Sequence record: DRR378314_301
Strand: one strand, 5' to 3'
DNA: 38,602 bases
Shown: positions 28,861 through 36,795 of the stretch, piece after piece
How positions within the stretch are numbered: the first letter of the stretch is position 1
Layout: each line of letters opens with the position of its first letter
The notes under the pieces: generated by a model
The model's input: the letters and a program-made list of their open reading frames with translations, nothing else
What the model was told of the DNA's origin: nothing
Database searches by the model: none
Program-made: the position numbers and the translations under genes

Positions 28861-28893
28861 AAATAAGAAACGCCCGCGCGGAGGCGGGCGTTT
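28861..28893 (-). terminator. Rho-independent terminator after exeM
   Basis: Minus strand AAACGCCCGC-CTCCGC-GCGGGCGTTT-CTTATTT. Confidence 0.75.
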
Positions 28894-28910
28894 GTGGGTA
28901 GCAATGACTG

Positions 28911-31388
28911 TCAGCGCCGGTGTTTCGACTCCAGAATCGCCACCAGGTCGCGGTAGTTAACGCGACCGTCGCCATTGACGTCATAGTGCTCAACGGAAGC
29001 CCGGCCAAACAGTCGGGCCAGGATGAATCGCGCAACGTCCCGGCCGTTGACGCGGCCATCGCCGTTCAGGTCCGCCCGGTCGGCTATTGACGCGGTTTCC
29101 ATCTCAAGGGCGATGATCACCGGGTCATGGTCGGACGCGCGGTAGCTGTCCGGCGCGTAGAAGCTGGCCTGCTGTTCCGGCGATTTGAAGTCGGTGTTGT
29201 AGTCCAGCGCGCGGGGCTCGTCGGCGTTGATGTGCCACACCGTGGTATCGGCCACTTTCGGTGTCAGTGACGTGTTGGCAAGGCCGTGGTCGAGGTAGCC
29301 GGCCTGGCCGAAGAACACGTAGGAGTAGGCGCTGTCCCCGTCCGCCTGTGCGACCAGATCGGTATAGCCGTTGTTGATCAGTGCGCGGATCGGGTCTTCC
29401 TTGGCGTAGGCATTCAGGTCACCGATGATCAGCACGTCTTCCTCGGCGGTACCGGTGGGGTCCGAGGCCAGCCAGCTCGCCAGCGCGTTCGACGCCTGGG
29501 TTCGAACCGGATTCCAGCAGCCCTGGCCGTCACCCTGTTCGGCATTGGTCCCCTCAGCGCTACCGCAGCCCTTGGACTTGAAGTGGTTAACGGCAATGGT
29601 CAACGCATCATCGCTGTCGATGGCACGGAAGGTCTGGGCCAGAGGCTGGCGGTTCAGGTCGTCGAACGGTGCGGTGGCCAGTGTTGCCGCGTCGCCAACG
29701 GTCTCCACCCGGTCGGCGTTGTAGAGAAAGCCCACTGCGATGGCGTCGCCACCGAGTTGTGGCAGGCCGGGGTCGACGTAGGACCAATTACCACCGAGGC
29801 TGTCCGCCAGTTGTGCAATCGCACTGCTGTCGCCGTAACCGTCGTTTTCAATTTCCATGACGCCCACGATGTCTGCGTTCAGTGCCGTAATGGCACTGAC
29901 GAGTTTGGCGGTCTGGCGGCTCAGTTCTTCAGCATCGTCGGCGCCGCGAGCGGTAGGGAAGCCACCGCCCATGCCGTCACCGTTGAAATAGTTCAGCACG
30001 TTAAAGGAGGCGACTATCAGGTTGCCGCTGCCTTCCAGCTCGGGGCTGGGTGTGCGCGGGTTGCTCTGGGCGAAGCTGGGGGCCGACAGCGGTTGCAGGC
30101 GCCATTCGGAGAAGCGGTAGTCGAGAACACCTGCCAGGTCATTCACCGTATCACCGGCGCGAACGGTGGCGGTTGCGCTCAGTTCTGGCGATGGGTAGGG
30201 CACCACCGCCGGGTTCTGACGATTGCTGCCGTCGTCCAGGATCAGTCGGTCCAGGGCATTGAGCTCTTCCACGGTGGCGGCGTCTTCACCGGGCTCGGCG
30301 ATGCTGGTCGGAATGAAGTGCCGGCCACTGCCCAGGGTCAGGCTGCCAAAACGGCCCAGGTCGTAGTTGTCATTGACGGTCAACGGCTCGTCAAACTGGA
30401 CACGCATGGACTCGAAGGCCTCCGGGGCATCGGCGGAGGCCCAGGGCAATGTGATGCTGACGGGTGCGGGAAGTGTTGCCGTGCCACAGTCGGCCAGGTT
30501 CGTCACATTGGTGAGTTCGGTCAGGTTGCCGAATTCGGTGACTTCGCCGGCGATTCTGAGGCGCTGGCCGACCGTGACGCTCTCGCCCGGTGCATAGACA
30601 AACAGACCTTCCGATGTTTCGGCGTTGCTGTCGCGCTGGTCGGCCTCCGCTTCAATATAGAAACCACCAAGGCCATCGTCGCCGTTAAATGCGGCGGTTA
30701 CGACGGCTTCCACCACCCGCTTTTCACCGGCAAGCGGGCTGACATCACCGGCGCCCTGAATGTCCGAGATCAGGCTCGCGGGATTGCCGCACGCCATGTC
30801 GGGAAGGCCGGGATCTGTCGGTTCTTCGCCACCGTCACCCGCACCGTTGCCGAGGTCATCGAAGCTGTCCACGGCAAAACTGTCAAAGACGACAGCGAGA
30901 TCGTACGCATCGTCGGGGTTGTTGTCGACGCTGGTTCCGTCACGACGTCGCAGGGTCTGGTTCTGGGTGCGCACCGCGTCGCCCCAGTAGCTGCCGGGAT
31001 CAACACCGACCTGCCCAATGCTGTCGGCAACCACGCCGCCATTCAGCAACAGCACGGCATCGTCCCCGTTGAACAGTCCGGCACCGGTGGTCTGATTGGC
31101 CACCGCGAGGATGGCGGAGTCGGACTGACTGTGGGCAAAAACGAAGGTGCTATTGGGGGCAACCGTGCCGTCGAGGTTGATGGTCAGGCCAGCGGCGTTG
31201 CTGCCATTGTAGAAAACCTGCAGTTCCCAGGCGGTGAGATCAACGGCGCTGGTGCCGGTGTTGAGCAGTTCAATGGCTTTGTTATTGCTGGAACCTTCCA
31301 CGTATTCACTGATCACCAGCTCCGCAAAGGCGGGGGCGGTGAGGGTACTGGCAATGGCTGCAGCCAGTACGGATTGTTTTATCGTCAT
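28911..31388 (-). CDS. exeM: ExeM/NucH-family secreted endonuclease (signal peptide, lamin-tail domain, OB fold, EEP domain, C-terminal dockerin-like repeat)
   Basis: Signal peptide AFA-E; LVISEYVEGSSNNKAIEL (LTD); ISDIQG, TSEGLFV; ASFNVLNYF, EIEN, VNHFKSK, GDLNAYAKEDP, LDH, INADEP, SDHDP. Confidence 0.92.
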   Translation of the reverse strand: MTIKQSVLAAAIASTLTAPAFAELVISEYVEGSSNNKAIELLNTGTSAVDLTAWELQVFYNGSNAAGLTINLDGTVAPNSTFVFAHSQSDSAILAVANQTTGAGLFNGDDAVLLLNGGVVADSIGQVGVDPGSYWGDAVRTQNQTLRRRDGTSVDNNPDDAYDLAVVFDSFAVDSFDDLGNGAGDGGEEPTDPGLPDMACGNPASLISDIQGAGDVSPLAGEKRVVEAVVTAAFNGDDGLGGFYIEAEADQRDSNAETSEGLFVYAPGESVTVGQRLRIAGEVTEFGNLTELTNVTNLADCGTATLPAPVSITLPWASADAPEAFESMRVQFDEPLTVNDNYDLGRFGSLTLGSGRHFIPTSIAEPGEDAATVEELNALDRLILDDGSNRQNPAVVPYPSPELSATATVRAGDTVNDLAGVLDYRFSEWRLQPLSAPSFAQSNPRTPSPELEGSGNLIVASFNVLNYFNGDGMGGGFPTARGADDAEELSRQTAKLVSAITALNADIVGVMEIENDGYGDSSAIAQLADSLGGNWSYVDPGLPQLGGDAIAVGFLYNADRVETVGDAATLATAPFDDLNRQPLAQTFRAIDSDDALTIAVNHFKSKGCGSAEGTNAEQGDGQGCWNPVRTQASNALASWLASDPTGTAEEDVLIIGDLNAYAKEDPIRALINNGYTDLVAQADGDSAYSYVFFGQAGYLDHGLANTSLTPKVADTTVWHINADEPRALDYNTDFKSPEQQASFYAPDSYRASDHDPVIIALEMETASIADRADLNGDGRVNGRDVARFILARLFGRASVEHYDVNGDGRVNYRDLVAILESKHRR
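28947..29072 (-). repeat. Intragenic duplicated Ca-binding loop (dockerin-like) in exeM
   Basis: DLNGDGRVNGRD (29072-29037) and DVNGDGRVNYRD (28982-28947), 30 codons apart. Confidence 0.8.
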
Positions 31389-31445
31389 GGTTCTTTCCCT
31401 GATTGGTCATTGAAGTTGTCGGGGGCGATCGGCGCCGCCTGTTCC

Positions 31446-31490
31446 AGTCTGGGAACGGACTGTGACGAGGGGATGTTGGTTTTATGAATC
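31446..31490 (-). promoter_or_regulatory. Pho-box-like triple repeat upstream of exeM
   Basis: Minus strand GATTCAT-AAAA-CCAACAT-CCCC-TCGTCAC (11-bp period), 10 nt, then CAGACT. Confidence 0.5.
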
Positions 31491-31497
31491 AGTCATT

Positions 31498-31533
31498 AAT
31501 GATATCGATATCCATTTGCATTTGAGGCACAAT
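31498..31533 (+). promoter_or_regulatory. Candidate Fur box overlapping a putative promoter of the MFS gene
   Basis: GATATCGATATCCATTTGC (31501-31519) matches GATAATGATAATCATTATC at 13/19 and is flanked by AAT...ATT. It overlaps TCGATA (31505-31510), 17 nt, CACAAT (31528-31533). Confidence 0.45.
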
Positions 31534-31577
31534 GAGCCGCTTTCGGAAAAGCCTCATCGCAGCATCAAGGAACACGT

Positions 31578-32774
31578 GTGACGACATCCACGCTTGCCAA
31601 ACGCCAGCTACCAACAGGCATCTGGATACTCGGATTTGTCAGTCTTCTGATGGATATTTCTTCGGAGATCATTCACAGCCTGTTGCCGATCTATCTGGTT
31701 TCCGTCCTCGGCGCGAGCGCGCTAATGGTCGGGCTGATTGAGGGCGCGGCGGAAGCGACCGCGCCGATCGTCAAGGTGTTTTCGGGCGCCCTGAGTGACT
31801 ATCTGGGTAAGCGCAAGGGGCTGGCGGTTTTGGGGTATGGTCTGGGCGCACTGACCAAACCGGTGTTTGCCCTCGCACCGGGGTTGGGGTGGATTCTGGC
31901 GGCCCGGCTTACCGATCGTGTCGGAAAAGGCATCAGAGGTGCGCCGCGCGACGCCTTGGTGGCGGATCTCGCACCCCCTGAAATGCGAGGCGCTGCCTAC
32001 GGTCTGCGTCAGTCCCTGGATACCGTGGGGGCGTTTATCGGTCCCCTGCTGGCGATCGGCCTGATGCTGCTTTGGCAAAACGACTATCAGGCGGTGTTCT
32101 GGGTGGCGGTGGTGCCCGCAGCTCTGGCCGTGTTGCTATTAATCGTTGGAATTCGCGAGCCGGAACAGCCGCTTACGGAGCGGCGGGCCAACCCCATAAG
32201 CCGTGAGAGTCTGAAGCAACTGAGCCGAGCCTATTGGGCAGTGGTGGCCATCGGCGCCCTGTTCACCCTGGCTCGATTCAGCGAGGCCTTCCTGCTGTTG
32301 CGGGCGGAGGACGGTGGGCTGGGTGTTGCCTGGCTACCGGTCATTCTGGTCGTTATGAGCATTGCCTATTCCTTGTCGGCCTACCCGTTCGGCAAGTTGT
32401 CTGATCGTATGGACCATCGCCAGCTGCTGGTTACGGGCCTGGTGGTCTTGCTCATCGCGGACCTGGTCCTGGCGCTGGGCAACCACTGGCTGTGGACGCT
32501 CGTTGGTTCCGTTATCTGGGGACTGCACATGGGAATGACTCAGGGACTGCTGGCTACCATGGTTGCCCATACCGCACCCAAAGCTCTGCGTGGTACCGCG
32601 TTTGGCTTTTTCAATCTGGTTGGCGGTGTTGCTCTGTTTCTGGCCAGTGCGGTTGCGGGAATGTTATGGACCTTGGCTGGCCCTGCGCTCACGTTTTATG
32701 CCGGTGCCGCATTTTGCCTGCTGACCATTGGCTTGATGATGTGCCAGAAGAAGATCTCCGTGGAACCGACCTAA
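31578..32774 (+). CDS. Major facilitator superfamily transporter
   Basis: About 12 hydrophobic segments; motif A GALSDYLGKRK; DRVGKGIRGAPRD; GKLSDRMD; GTG start after AAGGAA. Confidence 0.9.
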   Translation: MTTSTLAKRQLPTGIWILGFVSLLMDISSEIIHSLLPIYLVSVLGASALMVGLIEGAAEATAPIVKVFSGALSDYLGKRKGLAVLGYGLGALTKPVFALAPGLGWILAARLTDRVGKGIRGAPRDALVADLAPPEMRGAAYGLRQSLDTVGAFIGPLLAIGLMLLWQNDYQAVFWVAVVPAALAVLLLIVGIREPEQPLTERRANPISRESLKQLSRAYWAVVAIGALFTLARFSEAFLLLRAEDGGLGVAWLPVILVVMSIAYSLSAYPFGKLSDRMDHRQLLVTGLVVLLIADLVLALGNHWLWTLVGSVIWGLHMGMTQGLLATMVAHTAPKALRGTAFGFFNLVGGVALFLASAVAGMLWTLAGPALTFYAGAAFCLLTIGLMMCQKKISVEPT

Positions 32775-35023
32775 GCCCACCAGGCCGGTAGCAGATTGCG
32801 GATCTGCGGTTGTAGGAAGCGATCGTCGATCAGCCAGATCACGCCGCGGTCCTCCGGCGTTCGGATGACGCGGCCGGCGGCCTGGGCGACTTTCTGTAAG
32901 CCGGGAATCAGGTAGGTGTAGGCGTGGCCGGCCCTGAAGCGCTGCTCCAGTCGCTGGCGCAGGATTTCATGCCAGCTGTCGAAAGGCGGCAGGCCCAGGG
33001 TCGCCACGAAGGCGCCGATGAGTCGGTCCCCGGGCAGGTCGATGCCTTCACTGAACACGCCGCCAAGCACCGCCATGGCAACGCCGGCGTTGTCTTCATG
33101 GAAGGCGTCCAGGAAGGCGGTGCGTTCATCGGCGGACATACCGGGCTGCTGTGCACGCAGCGGCAGTTCTGGTGCCAGTTGCGACAGCGTCTCCCTCACC
33201 CGGTTGAGATAGGAAAAGCTGCTGAAGAACGCCAGGTAGTTGCCTGGCCGCTGCTGGTATTGCCGGTGGATCAGTTCCGCGATGGGCATCAGCGAGCGTT
33301 CCCGGTCCGGCTGACGAGTGCTGATCTGCGGAGTGAAGTGGACCTCCAGCTGGTCACTGGTAAAGGGGCCAGGCAGGGAGCGGAAGCAGGTGTCCTCTGG
33401 CATCCCCAGAAGGTCGCGATAGTAGACGCCGGGGGACAGGGTCGCGGAGAACAGCAGCGTGCTGTCGGCGGCCTCGAAACGCGGGGCCAGGAAATCCGCC
33501 GGGATCAGGTTCTGGATGGTCAGCCTGGCTTTGCCACGCGCGGGCCTGACCAGCTCGCACAAGGAATGGTCGCCAAACACGTCTGCCAGTTTGGTAAAGG
33601 CCAGGCTTTCAAACATCAGTTCCTGCAGGGCAAGGTCTGGTGGGTGGTCGGCCAGGTAGTCGGTAATGGCAGAGACCAGGCGGTTCAGGGCGCCAGTCAG
33701 TGAGCCCGGCAGGTTGTCCAGTATCTCCGGTTCACGACGGATCTCGGGGAAATGGTCGCGAATCACCGATTGCCAGGCCCGGGACACGCCATCCAGCTTC
33801 GACTTCAGGGCCTTGGGCGCCTGCTTTCGAACCCTGAGCAGGCGGGACTGGCTCAGTTCCACCGAGTACATACCCCGGGCCCGGTCCACCAGGTTGTGGG
33901 CTTCGTCAATCAGCAGGCTGGCCTTCCAGTCGTTCTGCCGAACCAGGGCGTGGAGTAGGGCGGACTGATCAAACATCCGGTTCACATCGGCCACCACCAC
34001 ATCGCACCAGCGCGCCATTTCCTGTGCCAGGAAATAGGGGCAGACGCCATGGTTGCTGGCAATGTCTGCCAGCACCGGTTGGGTCAGGGCACCGGTGTGA
34101 TTCGCCGCGTCTTTGCGCGCGGCCGGCAGACGGTCGAAAAAGCCCTTGGCCAGCGGGCAGTCGTCTCCGTGACATGCCTTGTCCGGATGCTCGCAGGCGT
34201 GGTCCTTGGCAACCAGCTCGAGGGTTCTCAATGGCAATGGGCCGGGTTGTGTCTCCCGTAACCGATGAACGGCATCGACGGCCAGATGCCGGGCGGTGTT
34301 GCGGCTGGTCAGGTAGAACAGGCGATCCTGTTTGGCTGTAGGCATCGCCATCAGAGCCGGGAAAAGGGTGCCGAGCGTCTTGCCGAGACCGGTGGGGGCT
34401 TCCAGTAGCAAGGTCTGTTGGCGGAGGCTGTTCTTATAGACAGTTTCCGCCAGGGCACGCTGCTGTGGGCGGAAGTCCGGGAAGGGAAAGGCCAGGTTCT
34501 TCAAGGCCTGATCCCGCGCCTCGCGATGGTTGGCCTCCTGCTCGGCCCAATCGCTGTAACACGCGCACAGGTTTTCCAGTTCCTGCCATAGATCGTCTGC
34601 GAGCGCGGTTTCGGTGATGGGGGTTTCCTTGTCCTTACCGACATCGTAATAGATCAGCGCGAGATCGATCTGGCTCAGGTTCTCCTGTCGGCACAGCAGC
34701 GCTCCGTAGGCCCGCAGCTGCGCACGGTGGAGGTTGCGCTGGGCTTCCCGTACCCGGGAAAGGTCGCCCCGATGTGTCTTGATCTCCTCCAGCCGGCCTG
34801 CGATCGGGTCGTAACCGTCGGCCCGACCACTGACCATCAGTTTGCCGCATTGGCCAGCCAGGGCGACTTCACTTTGATACCTCGGGCCGCGACGGGCCTG
34901 AACCGCGCCGTGGCCGGCAATGCCCTCTTCGGCAGTGGGCGCCGGTGTGTAGCGAAGGTCCAGGTCGCCTTTGCGGGCGGCGAATTCGCAGAGGGTCCGT
35001 ACGGCAACGTTCAGTTCGCTCAT
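32771..35023 (-). CDS. Fe-S DinG/XPD(Rad3)-family SF2 helicase with an N-terminal PD-(D/E)XK nuclease-like domain
   Basis: N-terminal GRADG..LEEIKT..QLRAY; Q motif FRPQQ; Walker A APTGLGKT; four Cys (CEHPDKACHGDDC...CPYF); IDEAH; FSATL; SEGIDL; QAAGRVIR. ATG 35023 overlaps the FAN1 stop (ATGA). Confidence 0.88.
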   Translation of the reverse strand: MSELNVAVRTLCEFAARKGDLDLRYTPAPTAEEGIAGHGAVQARRGPRYQSEVALAGQCGKLMVSGRADGYDPIAGRLEEIKTHRGDLSRVREAQRNLHRAQLRAYGALLCRQENLSQIDLALIYYDVGKDKETPITETALADDLWQELENLCACYSDWAEQEANHREARDQALKNLAFPFPDFRPQQRALAETVYKNSLRQQTLLLEAPTGLGKTLGTLFPALMAMPTAKQDRLFYLTSRNTARHLAVDAVHRLRETQPGPLPLRTLELVAKDHACEHPDKACHGDDCPLAKGFFDRLPAARKDAANHTGALTQPVLADIASNHGVCPYFLAQEMARWCDVVVADVNRMFDQSALLHALVRQNDWKASLLIDEAHNLVDRARGMYSVELSQSRLLRVRKQAPKALKSKLDGVSRAWQSVIRDHFPEIRREPEILDNLPGSLTGALNRLVSAITDYLADHPPDLALQELMFESLAFTKLADVFGDHSLCELVRPARGKARLTIQNLIPADFLAPRFEAADSTLLFSATLSPGVYYRDLLGMPEDTCFRSLPGPFTSDQLEVHFTPQISTRQPDRERSLMPIAELIHRQYQQRPGNYLAFFSSFSYLNRVRETLSQLAPELPLRAQQPGMSADERTAFLDAFHEDNAGVAMAVLGGVFSEGIDLPGDRLIGAFVATLGLPPFDSWHEILRQRLEQRFRAGHAYTYLIPGLQKVAQAAGRVIRTPEDRGVIWLIDDRFLQPQIRNLLPAWWA

Positions 35024-36726
35024 TCCGCGGCCTTGCGCCAGCGCACGTAGCAGACGGACACGGGGATGCCGTGGTCCACGCAGAATTCCAACCACCGGGT
35101 CTGATGATCCTGCAGCCGGTCGCCCGGGCCTTTGACTTCGACCATCTCATAGCGTTGGTTCGGGTCGGTGTGGCCGGGCTGAAAGCGGATCAGGTCGGGA
35201 AAGCCGCTTCGATGTTCGCGCAGGTTGCCCAGCAGGCGCCGGAACATCCGCTCCAGGTGTCGGGCCGGTATACATGCCAAAGCGAGCTCAAGCAGTTCCT
35301 CCGAGAGTACGGGCCAGATCACGAAGGGGGAGGCGATGCCCTGCTTTTGCTGCCAGGTATCGCGGATTCGGGTCTTGTAGTCGTCCGAGGCCAGCGCGCC
35401 GAGACAGTCGTCAAACAGCGCCTGCCGACGTTCCACAAAGTCCTCCCGGTACAGATCCACCGGGCCGGTGTGGAACGGATGGAAGAAAGCGCCAGGTAGT
35501 GGTTCGAACAGGGCAGGCCAGCAGAGCAGGCCAAACAGGCCATTGATAAGGGTGTTTTCCACATAGGTGACCGGGGCATCGGGTTCGGACAGGTATTGCA
35601 TGGCGGCCCACTCCACCGAGTGGCCATCGGGATTGTCCAGTTCCAGGGTGAACGCTCTCAGTTCCGGACGAACGCTTCGCTGGGGCTGCGCCTCTCCCAG
35701 CTTCTTCGCCAGTCGCGTCATAATGCGTTCGAGTCCCCGTTCTTCAGCGCCGAACCTGGGAGCGCTGGTGGCGGCCAGGGCAATGTTCCAGGCATCGCGG
35801 TGTTGCTTCATCCGCTCCAGCAGGCGCATGTGCCGCAGGCGCGACTCGCGGTGACCACTGTGGCTGTAGGCCGTCAACGCCAGGTCGGTGTTGCCGCCGC
35901 GCTCCGCGAGCTTGCCCAGTTCGAACAGCAAGCGGCCGCGCCGGCTTTCCAGCCAGGCATTCTCATTGGCCATGGGGATGTCCTGCCATACGGCTTCGGG
36001 CGGCTCGCCCTCGTCCAGGCGTTCACGGCAGCGATGCATCACCAGGTAACGGTCAACGTCGTCGCGTTCGTCGAAGGCCCGGGACTCGGCGGAGAGCGGT
36101 ACCTGTTCATACCGCTGGTGGCCCAACTCCACCAAGACGAAATCGGACCAGCTCTGGCGCAGGTTGCCGAAAAACATCAGCCGCAGGCGGTCGAACAGGG
36201 CCATGTGGTTCAGCCGGATCACTTGTGTGGGGGCGTCTGGTAGCCAACGGCTCACAGGAGCGGTGTCGGGATGCAGTGGCATCAGGGTGTCTTTCAGGAG
36301 CCCCTTTGGGGCTGTGGCTGGCAGGCCGGCATCCGAAATCTTGTCGGCAAGGGCAATGCGAAGTTCGCCGAGCGTGAACAGTCGAAACAGTTCCCCCAGG
36401 GGTAAGCTCGGATTGCCTTCAACCCAGCCCTTGGTGGCCAGTGCGCTCGCGGCCTCATTCACCGGTACACCGATCTCGGGGTAGCGGAACTTCTCCACCC
36501 GGAACAGGTCGCCGGTGCGCATGACCATTCGTGCCAACAGTGCCCTTGCCGGCGGATCCAGGTTTAGCAGACCATCTATCTGCCGGGTTTCATCGACGGT
36601 CAGCAAGTCGCTGTGATAGTGCCGCACCCAACGCACCACCGTCTCGAAGTTTTCGAGATAGTACAGCGGATTGTCCAGATCGGCGGTGCCGGGAACGGAG
36701 GAATGTCGGGTAGATGCGGGTGTCAT
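35020..36726 (-). CDS. FAN1-like VRR-NUC structure-specific nuclease
   Basis: YYLENF N-terminus, LMFFGNLRQSWSDFVL, TPR-like helices, YVEN, and catalytic GFPDL...MVEVKGPGDRLQDHQ..W. Confidence 0.9.
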   Translation of the reverse strand: MTPASTRHSSVPGTADLDNPLYYLENFETVVRWVRHYHSDLLTVDETRQIDGLLNLDPPARALLARMVMRTGDLFRVEKFRYPEIGVPVNEAASALATKGWVEGNPSLPLGELFRLFTLGELRIALADKISDAGLPATAPKGLLKDTLMPLHPDTAPVSRWLPDAPTQVIRLNHMALFDRLRLMFFGNLRQSWSDFVLVELGHQRYEQVPLSAESRAFDERDDVDRYLVMHRCRERLDEGEPPEAVWQDIPMANENAWLESRRGRLLFELGKLAERGGNTDLALTAYSHSGHRESRLRHMRLLERMKQHRDAWNIALAATSAPRFGAEERGLERIMTRLAKKLGEAQPQRSVRPELRAFTLELDNPDGHSVEWAAMQYLSEPDAPVTYVENTLINGLFGLLCWPALFEPLPGAFFHPFHTGPVDLYREDFVERRQALFDDCLGALASDDYKTRIRDTWQQKQGIASPFVIWPVLSEELLELALACIPARHLERMFRRLLGNLREHRSGFPDLIRFQPGHTDPNQRYEMVEVKGPGDRLQDHQTRWLEFCVDHGIPVSVCYVRWRKAAE

Positions 36727-36731
36727 GGAAA

Positions 36732-36747
36732 CTGTTTGGTTGGCCGG
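36732..36747. promoter_or_regulatory. Degenerate LexA (SOS) box candidate upstream of FAN1
   Basis: CTGT-TTGGTTGG-CCGG: CTG-N10-CGG, one base from CTG-N10-CAG, 5 bp upstream of the FAN1 ATG. Confidence 0.3.
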
Positions 36748-36795
36748 CTCGTAAGCATAGAATAGACCCTGATGATGCCCTATGGAGAAGCCGAT

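Noticed and set aside
14058-28893. GC-rich hairpins as a possible REP family
   Set aside because: The three hairpins (14058, 26906, 28868) share only a generic CCCGC core and all sit just after stop codons, as terminators do.
29286-31487. 733-aa ORF antisense to exeM
   Set aside because: It lies almost wholly opposite a well-supported gene, has no recognisable motifs, and is the shadow ORF expected from GC-rich codon bias.
32771-35023. Possible CRISPR-associated (Cas4-like / type IV CasDinG) locus
   Set aside because: No repeat-spacer array or cas genes in the window; the FAN1 pairing points to DNA repair.
35024-35095. Upstream extension of the helicase ORF
   Set aside because: It overlaps the FAN1 C-terminus; ATGA coupling at 35020-35023 is the more plausible start.
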